Positions 1-10,458 of a stretch of 64,000 bases of DNA are shown piece after piece. The translations under genes were made by a program, and so were the position numbers. The notes under the pieces are model-generated. The model did not search any database and was not told where the DNA came from. It saw nothing but the letters and a program-made list of their open reading frames with translations. The stretch comes from Catajapyx aquilonaris (Eukaryota). Numbering within the stretch: position 1 is the stretch's first letter; each line of letters opens with the position of its first letter. Location: positions 1-64,000 of the forward strand of contig KZ538277.1 of the NCBI GenBank assembly GCA_000934665.2. The letters run 5' to 3'.

Positions 1-455
1 CGGGCGTTTCCCAGCTACTTTGGGTCCTACTAACATGATGTGCATAGTGGTTTCCGAATAACACGCCGAAAGTTTTTTTTTGTTGCGCTGTGTAATTGGA
101 CGCCGGGTCTCAGGAGGATAGGCTTACATTGCGGGAGCGGTTACGCAGCATGAGATTCAAGACTCGTCAGAAATTCTACAAAAGATCCCTACATACTCGC
201 CGGAGAAGTTAAAACGCCACCTTGAGCTTGGCGGCCATTTTTATCAATGTGACGAAAGAAAGAAGATCGTGTTACTTTTAGCAGAGTGGTAAAAGGCCGT
301 CGTGAACGTTTACGTGATTTTCGATAGCTCCTGCCACCTTGTGCGACATATTAGAAGCAAATTCCTGACTTACCACAGTGTCGCACTTACCCCTGCTTAC
401 CCTACTCAGGCGCGGATCCAGGGGCGGGGGAGGGGGGGGGGGAATCGGGGGCAAA

Positions 456-730
456 GGGTGGCACGCTGGTGTAGTGGTTATCGCCACCGCCTTCCACCTC
501 TGAGGTCCCGAGTTCGATCCCCGGATAGGACAGAGGATACTTACGTGGATAGAGTCTCGATGGGTTCGCTCCGTGTTCGCGTGGGATTTCTCTGGGCTCT
601 CCCGTTTCCTCCCACTATCAACACCCATCCCGTGACAGGCAATGAATAAAGACGGGTACTTAAAGATGATCCCCTAAGAGGCCCAAGGCTAGGCCCATCA
701 CGGGGTATCCATTTATCCATTATTATTAGT
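456..730 (+). mobile_element. tRNA-derived SINE (family B) with V-domain-like core
   Basis: A box TGGTGTAGTGG (467-477), B box GAGTTCGATCC (510-520), core CCGTGTTCGCGTGGGATTTCTCTGGGCTCTCCCGTTTCCTCCCAC (571-615), stem-loop tail and AT-rich end. Related copy at 43703. Confidence 0.75.
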
Positions 731-982
731 TATTGCATTATTCGTTAATTTATATTCATTAATAACTTGTGTATTGTAGCCGAAATCAGCAACACGAACT
801 GGAGGTAATTTTGTGTTGGAATATCTCAAGAAACCTACATACGTGCAGTAAGTCCGAGAGGAAATAGGCAACTTTTGTACCACCCTGTATAACTAGAACC
901 ACACCCCCACCCCCACTTCCAGTATTATTTGAAGTGAATTGTCAGCATAATGATTTGCCGCTAATATTTAGAAATTGCAGTT

Positions 983-1011
983 ACAACAACAACAACAACA
1001 ACAACAATAAC

Positions 1012-1059
<48 letters not shown>

Positions 1060-1384
1060 CCGGGGTAGTGCTTGACGCCTCATCTGAGGTATGCAGCACG
1101 GACCTTTATTTATTATGGTATACATTGGAGCCTTTATACGAAACGCCCGGGTCCACGGGCAGGATGACAGGAGGGGATGTGCAAGGTGCAGTGCAATGTC
1201 TTTATGTGGCCATTTTTAGTGAACTCCCCCGGGTGGTTTAGTCTGTGGAAATACCACCCGAGACGAAGCCAGAGGTGACCCTGAACTCTGCACGAGATGA
1301 AGGGGGTGTCCCCGGGCTGGGATCGAACCCGGGACCTTAACATCCGTGGGCGCATACGTTACCGCAGCACCACTCCGCCTCCCC
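983..1384 (-). mobile_element. tRNA-derived SINE (family A) with (ATT)n(GTT)n tail
   Basis: Near-identical to 16812-17207. B box GGTTCGATCC on the minus strand. 14-bp TSD TAGAAATTGCAGTT at 969-982 and 1385-1398. Confidence 0.92.
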
Positions 1385-1564
1385 TAGAAATTGCAGTTTA
1401 AAGTTTATGTGATTTCAAGTTATACATTCATGATCAAAAATATTCCAATTTGTTGAGTAGCGTTTAATGATAATTATTAAACATTCTGACAGGTAGACTA
1501 CTACAGGTCAAATACCGGTACGTATTTTGTTGCAGCGCAGTGAACAAGATGACTAATATGACAC

Positions 1565-1887
1565 TGATATGGACAATATTTAATTTTCACTTTTTCTGTT
1601 GAGCACTTAAATAAATAGGACCAAAAAATTCCGAGCAATTCATTTGACCAAAAATCCAAATTCATTACCAATAATATACTTATGACAGTTCATCAGGTGT
1701 AATGCTTTACTGATCGGCCAAATATTATTGAGGACAGGTGCTTTTCCTCTTATTTATCAGTGCCATATTATTGGTAATGAATTTGGATTTTTGGCCAAAT
1801 GAATTGTTCGGAATTTTTTGGTCCTAAAATTTACTTAAGAGTTCAATGGAAAAAGTGAAAGTTAAATAATAAATATTGTTCGTATCA
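1565..1887. mobile_element. Degenerate foldback/MITE with ~110-bp imperfect inverted arms
   Basis: GGACCAAAAAATTCCGAGCAATTCATTTGACCAAAAATCCAAATTCATTACCAATAATAT (~1618-1677) is mirrored at ~1765-1824, with weaker pairing continuing outward. Confidence 0.65.
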
Positions 1888-4800
1888 TTGCTTCCTAAAC
1901 AAGGTGTTCCTAAAGGTGCGCACATTTTATCGAACTTACGGACATTATGATGGACTACTCTAAAGCTAGTTTTTTGACGATTTCTGCTTCACTAGAGATA
2001 TCATATGGGCATGTTAATGTTTCAGTGTCTGCTATAACATACCAAGTATATCCAAGGATGAAATACTCGTAGATATCCGGCTTATGAGACGATCCTCTAG
2101 CAAGGGTGCCTATATAGAAGGTGAAGTAACATGCAAAAATTAATATCCGATTATATCTGCAATAAAGGCAAAATCTATCAAATTAACTAGAGTAATTTCA
2201 TGTTGGGATATCGCAAAGTACGTATGTCCGAGAGGAAGTGCGCAACTGTATCGTAATAGGCAGTGTAAAAGTCCTTCATATGTGCAACGTCTCATTTGAC
2301 TTGCTTTCACTTCGCCCATTCGCAGATCATTTTTCACAATAAATAATGCACGATCTTCCCACGAGCATTGAAGTTGCGAGAGTAATACGTAATAGTGAAG
2401 TCATTTGTGTACAATTTATTCGCCTAATATTCCAAAAATGATAACGCTCAGGATTAATTTTGCTGTGTTTCACACAATCATTTTTATTTGTTTCCAATAA
2501 TATTACCGCATTCCAAAAGTGTTGTTGGGGAGTAAATTTATTGAAGAATTTGCCAAAAAATACTGAAGATATGCTCCATTATGTACAAGTACATAATTAT
2601 GTTGATTTGTGTGAGAAATTCTATTAAAATTTTATGACCAAATATATTGGATGAAAAAGTGAAAGTTTTCTCTGTGTTCCTTCGGTTATGAAAATCCGCG
2701 ATTTAAAGTATAGTTAACGTGTCATTTTTCGCATTGGAAATGGCCACAGAAGGGGCTAAGAACTGTCGAAAATATATTTTATGGCAATGGTAGATGTTGG
2801 CCAATTTTTCTAGTCTAGAATACTGATTGGGAACATTAATGATTTCCCATTGCGATTAGCACATTGAACGGATATCACACTAGTTAACCAGCAGTGTATA
2901 AGCCTATTGTTCAGTCATCGATTTTATAAAACGTCATATTTAGTGAACTAGTGATGAATGTTAATTTAGCGAATTATATACGGACGTGGCATTTGAAACA
3001 CCCTGGTGCATAATTAATCTCTTTTTGCGCATATATATTTTATAGTGTTAATTTTTCACATGACACAATACATGACGGAAAATATGTCGTGCCCATGTAC
3101 CGAACACACCCTTCAACTCAGCCAAAGTTGCCAGATGATTGCATTTGAACCCATTTTATAGGTACCCCTTTTCCCAATAATAATTACAGAGGGCGCAGGC
3201 GAATATAGAAATGACGAATAGGTTACGCTTCTCCTTGATTACAAGCCAGCTGTTCCTGAGGCAGGCAATATAATAGTCCGTTCCTTAACATTGAGTAATT
3301 ACACTATATGGCGGGTTAATCACATGTTGATAAACAACACGCATCTCCGTCAGTTGGTACGGTTGCATCAATCCGTCTGAATCCAAGAATAGACAAAAGG
3401 GAGTTTAGTGACGAGATGCGTGCACTTAATAACTCCCCAATAGGCTAGAAGCAGGGAAGTTAATAAGTGGAGAGTAGAGGGAGTTGGCATGTAGGGGAGG
3501 GGTGGATACCAATAATTATTAGTGTGGGTTTGAGGGTTGTTTTGGGGGGTGAGGTATCAAAGTTTGGGTAGGAAAGGACTCCACCCAATCCCATATCAAA
3601 ATATAGAAAATTATTCCTTTGGTGGCAGAGCTGGTTTTCCATTGGTTGTAGACCTTGACGTCATCTGGACATGACATGGGCCAGCCTTAATTCCGCCCAA
3701 TCCCATGCACGGCGGAGCTGGGTTAGACAGCGTAATCATAGTAATTTCCGAACGCCTGGAAACCAATTCGAGAGTGGCGGCCAGGCTCCATAACCATGCC
3801 CGGTTGTAATATGGCAGAGAACTTTCTCTTTGTCTAGGGCGCTCTGCTGATGTCATATGTGACCCATTGTTGCGTTGTATTTCCAAGCATTATGACAAAA
3901 ATGTTTGCACCTGCGAATATTTTTGTGTTTATATAAAACCAGTTTTTATCGTGCCTTTTTTGTCCTGCTTTGGCCGCTGGCTTTTCTAGTTGTGGCAGCA
4001 GTCACGCAGGCTCACATGTTGAAGGCCCTATGAACCCCTTTTGTAAGGAGACTTGGGATCCCCCCTATACTGTATATAGGAGGGGTGGATAAAAAGAAGC
4101 AAAAGAAAAGTGGAAAAGGGAGGCTGCCCCGCCTGTCACTCAGCCTCGTCTCACCTCCACTCTCGACCAACCTATCCTATTTTTCCCCTGGATAAAAATC
4201 ATGGTTTCCCTTCAACATCCACCAATAACCAACAAGGGCCGCCATTGCAGCTGTTCCCTACTCACCAAAATATGACATTTTCATGGTTAATTTATCTTGA
4301 GACGATAGGATCTGCATGTATATGGAAAATGCCATGTTCTTGTAACCATTTGTTATACCGCCCCCAGAACTGTATTCACTGGTGCAAAGATTAACGAAAA
4401 AAAAAAGAGTCGGTGCATTTTGTCATTTTGAGGGATTATGCTGGTGGATTTTTGCATGGGATAGCTAATTCACGATGTCATTTTTTAAACTCTTGGGCTG
4501 TCGCAGTGCTCAGCCCCATCTGCTCTGGATGTCGAGAAGCAAGAGAAAAGCGCGTCGCCTTTTGTTTCACAGAAGCCCCGTGCATGAATTGGACACGGCT
4601 CCTTTTACCAAATTTATAGCTTTCCGGCTGGGAGACATATTGCTTCCGGGCGGAAATGCTACTCCAAATCGACTTGGAAAATATTCGCGACGATAAACTG
4701 CGACTTGTCAAAAAGTTGATTCTTTCGCGAAACCGGTACTGGATGGCAGACTTGCCTCGTCTCCAAGAACATTGGGGTGGGTGGGTGGAAAAGACAGACA

Positions 4801-6933
4801 GGCTAGAAAAGAAGAAAGAAAAGAAGCTGAGAAGCCCAAGACAAAAGGTGGAAGAAGACGAAGGAAGGAAAAGGAATGATAAATCCATTGACTGCAGTTG
4901 ACTGGTCTTCCAAAGTCAATCGTGACGGCGGCGGTGAATTATTACCGGCCTGACTGCAGTCGAACAAGAGAGGGGACAGAGGAGACTTTGGGGACTAATC
5001 GGCTGATTTAAAAAAAGGTGTGAGCAGACTTACTTCAGACTTCCAAAAACTTGGGTCTGCCCAGCCCCCCAAAAAACGGGGTTTAAAACAATGAATGGTT
5101 TCACACCCTGTAGGCTTGGTTGAACGGTAATTACGCTGCAGTTAATGACATAATTCCTCTGCAGGTTAATTAGCCTGCATTGGAATCAATTTGAGTCATC
5201 AAAATCATGTTATAAGCATAATAGAATATAGTTCATTAGAATGGCTATTTTGGAAATTCATTGATTTATATTCGCACATAGATGAGTTCCATATGCGTTT
5301 TTTTTCATTCGCGGATCCGATGCATAGTGATGAAATTGAGTCCCATGTTTTGTTGCAATCCATGCATTTTAATGAGCGTGCAAAATTGTTCCAAAGTGAC
5401 GCTATTTTCAGCTTAGAAAATAAAGAGCGCAGGACGGTGTCAAGAGATGTCTGAGATGTCATTCCACGTATACATAGAAGCACGCAAAGTGCAAAAGTCC
5501 GCTAGCTGACGTGCGGCCACTCACTTTCAACTAATGCAGTTGTCACTGTCAGAATAATTGTTGGAGGCAAATTCATTATGTGTGTCCCATCCCAAGATGG
5601 CCTCAACTCCGATGCTACTGCCCCTAGTGGCCAGAGAAGCTTTTCTCCCTTTCACAAACCGGGGAATAAAACCGATGCTCTCGAACATGACGAATGAGCC
5701 GGTATGTGGGAAACCACTGGGCAGGCCTACCCTTCCCCTCTATCCCCCCTCCCCCTTCATCCTGCCTCAGTGACAAATACAAATGGAAAGGGATCAGCAT
5801 GTAGTAATTACTTTTCACGAGCCCGGGAATCATACGTGGACAAATGTTCATTAAGGTGGCCCCAGCGTCGTCATTAGTTTCGGTTCTGGCCGCAGGATGA
5901 CGTGCGGGCCAGATTTTCTTATCCTGCAAAATGCTGGTGGGTTTCTACTCATATTATAGGTTTTGATCATCATTATTCTTTTCGGGGCAGGAAGTGGGTA
6001 TGAAAATGCCTTCCAGACGGGATCTCATTCTTCACCTTGGATTCTTCAGGACTAACGGACCGTTGTCCTTCAGGAAAAGGAGAGTCGGATTTGCTTACTA
6101 GACAGTACAAAGCCTCTCTTTTCGATCATGATCTGCATTGGAATGGGAAAGAGGGAAATGGATTTTCGGCAAACTTTGCATGGTTGCTAGCACACGGTGG
6201 TATGGACACCTCGGTCATGTACTATGAGGTCGTTGGATGAATGATGTCGAAGGGGCTGGACGGCATGTCTTGCGTGACGCAAGTTTTGAGGCCGGATTTG
6301 TATATTTGTGCACGTTATCTCGAACTCTTTGTACCTGTCAGTATAGCGCTGGCGGTCTGGTTTCCATGCTTTTTATACATTTAGATAGTTTATTACACGC
6401 TAAATGTCCATTTGATGCATAAATCTGCCAGCGGAGTATTGAAATTACAATTTAAACGCTACCGTTGGTAGCCAGCCGTGTGTCATTTGTATGGAGATAG
6501 TTATGCTCGTATACAACAAACAAATTACCAGGTAATATCCTGCGCAGCAGTTAGGTACTCTTGGGTACATTGACGTTTTGCAAGTACACCAGGACACTGA
6601 ATGTATTTTCGGTTTTTAATATTGTAAGCTGTGGCATGTTAAAAGAGGTGTTATTCGCATCAATTGCATCAAATTGCGAAATTCAGTGAACATGATAATC
6701 TGTTTACGGCGAGTTACATAATATTACATTGCTGCTCATGTATACTGTAGGCTGCTGTACTCTTGTGCGTGTGTAACATTCATAATTTTTCTTCATGAAA
6801 TATATTTCACTCTCAAGTAATAATAATTTGTGATATTATGATAATGACATTTTACATGGTCCGGATAGGAAAAATACGAAACAAAAGTGAAGGACACTGG
6901 GCCTGAACACGTAAAGTCAAGATTGTAGATCCA

Positions 6934-7265
6934 GGGAGGCGTGGTGGCCGAGTTGGTATCTACGGCGGCTTGCTGAGTGAAAGGTCCCGGTTCGATCCCC
7001 GCCCGGGAGTTCCATTTCGCCTGTCTCTGACCCGCGCCTTGGAGGCGTCTGGCAACCTAACCTCCAGGGAGACTGCACATAACCCATTTTCCGACACTTG
7101 CACCTGTGTCTCCTCCCCGAAAAGGGATCCTTATACACATATCCTTTCTTCCCTGCACATATTTTGAAGAAAATATGAAAAATTGAATGGAAAATATGGT
7201 GGTGTGCCACCCACCTAAGATGGCTCCGGGCCATAGCACGGGGTAATAAAAAAAAATAATAATTA
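6934..7265 (+). mobile_element. tRNA-derived SINE (family D)
   Basis: A box TGGCCGAGTTGG, B box GGTTCGATCC (6989-6998), body shared with 21400-21744, A-rich tail. No clear TSD. Confidence 0.8.
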
Positions 7266-9870
7266 TAAAACCGGAGTAATGAACAGCAAGAATTAAATAA
7301 TATTTTTGTGAAGAGATTTGGCCTACTTTCGCTAAGAATCGATGGAAGCATAAAATACAAAAGAATCGATGTAGCTCAAGCCTTTGGATGAGCGAGATTA
7401 ATTTGTCCCTTGTCATCTCAAACTTTTTGTCTTTCGATTAAAATCAATTCCAACCGCCATAATATAGATGAAAGCGAGCCATAGTCCTATAGGATGTTTA
7501 CACCCCAATTTAATCACAATGTAATAACCAGTACATAGCAGGGTGGAGCACCATATACTTGGGTCGGAAATTTCATTTTAATATCCATACATTAGCATAT
7601 GAAAATGGGCGCTTAGAGAAACTGGAAATTCCAGAGAAGCCCTGTCCATCCATCCATCCAGGGTTCGTCCAATCAGACGAAGGCGCCTAATAACACGTTG
7701 CATATCGCAGCGCGTGTACGATTGGCGGACAGGCCCCTAAGGTGGGTACTTATTTCCCATTCCAAGGTGGGTTCTATACACACATGCACACACACACACA
7801 ATGATTGATGATTAGAAGGAAGGCCCCCAAATTACAGAAGATTTTTCTTCCACCAGTAATGGATACCTTTAGGCTTGAGCCAGCACGCCATGGAATCAGA
7901 TCACGGCAACCTCCGCCTACTGACTGACATGGCGGTATGCCGTGACCCTGTACACTGCGGCCGATCTCAGCTTCAGCTCCCGACCCCGGACAGCTTTTTC
8001 CCACCTTGTCAAATGAACCGAGATGGAAACCTGCCAATCACGGCTCGCTTATCGTTTTTTATTGCCTGCTTGGGGCTAATCGTGCCTGCCACAAGGTAGT
8101 TTGCTTGCTAATCGCCCGCGCGGGTAACGTTTTTGTGAGGACCTCTTTCACACCCCCCCATTTTTGATCTGTGACTTCTAGCCAGGTACAATGGTGACTT
8201 GTTGTATTTTTTTTAAAAAAAAATGGCAGGTGACACTGTATATCTGTAGCGGCTGTCAACATTGGATCCTGCCCATATTTTAACCTAAATGGCAAAACAA
8301 GCAACATGGCGGATGGAGCCTTTCCTCCGCCCTGGAATATTTCATCCGGATTCCGGGCCCGGCCTCTTCTATCATGTTTCGATCAGCGCAAAGGAAATCC
8401 AAATTCGTCACCGCGCATTGATTCCGCCCTACCACCCCCTCCCAAAAAGCCTCCCTTCCAACCCTCCCTCCCTCCTCTCTTCTCCCTGGTTTCCAATATC
8501 TGTGCGACTTATGTCAATAATCCTCTCCAACTAGTCACTGGATTGTGAAGGCTTACCCAATCTCATTTCGGCTAAATCCTGCGCGGAATTCATTCTGCAT
8601 AATATGAGGCCGTGCTTCTTTCGAGCAGCCCAAGTGAGATTACGCATGCGATAGTAACCCCGGAGCTCTGAAATTCCGCTTGCACTCCGTGTATTGGAGT
8701 GGAAGGTGAACGGGGAAAATGCATTTTCCCATAATCCTAACACTGGCAACATTGTGGGGGGGCCTCCACGGTTTACACGAGCCGTTGGTGATACTAGCAA
8801 GTGGCGCCATCTCTCGACATAATTAGGTTTATCCCGCTTTCTTTGAAGCATATGTGTTTGGTAGTCCAGCTTGCATGGAGTGGCAGGCAAGCAGGCAGGA
8901 TGTCACCGCGTGCAGGCGGGAATCGCAGGTGGAGCCAGATGCAATAAATCGTCCCGCATGCATTTGTGCTCACCCCCGGAGATATATTCGGCAGCGCCCT
9001 GGAGTTTGTTGCTCGGGAGAGGGGGGAGGGGGGGGGGAAGGAGAGAAGAGAGTTTCAGGAAGAGCAGAGGAGGGCGGGAAGGGCCTGAGCTTCCGAATCG
9101 ATCAATCACTTCAATCAGTCAAAGCTCGGACATCCCCTTGTTCGCCATCGCATCAGGGCTCGGCGTCTGGCTCGGCCTCCCCATCCTCCACCCCTGCCAG
9201 CACACACCCCTCTTTTCCTCCAAAATCCTCCCCATCCAGCAGCCATCCCTTGTCGGCCAGAGGGGGGAAAACCCAGGCTTCTATCCCATCTTGCCAACTT
9301 CTCTTCTGCAGGAGCTGCAATCCACTCTCAATCCATGCTCCTGATTACATTTGCGGAGCTTCCGAGCGACTTGCGCCCTCTTTGCAGCGTGTCTAATTTT
9401 TGCGAACCATCGCATCTAGAAGGGGGGAGAGGGAGGGGTGTCCTGCAGATGGCGATGGCGTCGTGGCCGGAGCTTAAGCTGGTTTCAATAAAACTATGCA
9501 GCAGCACTTTTCTGAGATGGATTTTTCATCCAGGTTTCGGCAAGGAACAGCGGGGCAGAAAAATGAGACGGAGTTTGGTAGTGCGCGGTATGGCGCTCCG
9601 GTTCAATATATCGAAGAAGTGTAAGGAAGGGGAGAAAGTCCGGATGGTATAGTTAGGAAGCCTCAACAAAAACTTTTGGAAGTTTTTTTTCGGGGGGTGG
9701 TGGTGGTGGTGGGGGGGGGGGGGGNGGGGTTCTACACTTGAGTGTGGAACTGGAGTGTACAGATGTCCAAGTGATGAAAGTTAGCAAAAGTACAATACCG
9801 CAAATCTTAGATACGTTATAATGAAGAAAAATAATCGCTACGGTTAATAGAACGAATAATACAGGGTGTC

Positions 9871-10121
9871 GAAGCAGGTTGGTGTAGGGGATAAGGAGCC
9901 CGCCTGCTAATCGGGAGGTCCTGGGTTCGAATCCCGGGGCCTACGACACTGACCATGGGTTTCTGTGATTTTCCATGGTCCCCTCCAGGGCAATTCCGGG
10001 GTCGTTTCCGTAAAAATAGGCCACAGCCCTTCCCTATCCCAGGTTCCATCCAATGGTGGTAATCCACCCCCCTAAGGGAGCCAAAGGCTCTAGCACGGGG
10101 AATGAAATAAATAAATAAATA
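9871..10121 (+). mobile_element. tRNA(Ser-GCT-like)-derived SINE (family C) with (AAAT)n tail
   Basis: B box GGTTCGAATCC; CTGCTAA anticodon-like loop; body shared with the 54424 and 60371 copies; 13-bp TSD AATACAGGGTGTC at 9858-9870 and 10122-10134. Confidence 0.9.
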
Positions 10122-10125
10122 AATA

Positions 10126-10458
10126 CAGGGTGTCTAAACTATAGTTTTGTCCGAACAGTTATCAGAAATATTGCACTAAGCTGCTACTTTGTAAGCAGTG
10201 TATGCCCAGGGATGGAAAAAGTACCGCTTCCTTCCAAGAAGCGCTTCTTTTTTCCATGTGCAGGGATAGAAAAAGAACCGCTTACCGCCCAAAGAAGCGG
10301 TTCTTTTTCCATCCCTGTGTATGCCACTTCAACCTAAGATTCGCAGGGAGTACTCCCCATTCCTCCGACAAACCAGTTGCATGTCACTGCTTACAAAGTA
10401 GCAGTTTATAGTGCCATATTTCCGATAACTGTTCGGACAAAAAAGTTTAGACACCCTG
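10126..10458. mobile_element. Tc1/mariner-type MITE with ~75-bp TIRs
   Basis: Termini CAGGGTGTCTAAACT...AGTTTAGACACCCTG flanked by TA; long imperfect inverted arms. Confidence 0.85.
10207..10317. mobile_element. hAT-type MITE (two tandem hairpin units) nested in the Tc1-type MITE
   Basis: TIR CAGGGATGGAAAAAG/CTTTTTCCATCCCTG; 8-bp TSD TGTATGCC at 10199-10206 and 10318-10325. Confidence 0.85.

Noticed and set aside
1134..1355. Near-identical ORFs at 1134, 16841 and 49564 suggesting a small gene family
   Set aside because: They lie within SINE family A copies.
8854..9396. 180-aa and 157-aa overlapping ORFs (also 19232-20260 and 36709-37667)
   Set aside because: Low-complexity translations of GC-rich islands, open in several frames, with no recognisable domain.
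8790..9460. CTCF-like motifs (CTAGCAAGTGGCGC, TCGCAGGTGGAGC, CCTGCAGATGGCGA; also near 30648 and 56960)
   Set aside because: Each has mismatches to consensus and is expected by chance in GC-rich DNA; cannot be supported without a PWM scan or ChIP.
9871..9945. SINE heads as functional tRNA genes (Ser-GCT-, Arg-ACG- and Gly-TCC-like loops)
   Set aside because: Acceptor stems do not close, and each head continues into a shared body and tail, usually with a TSD.
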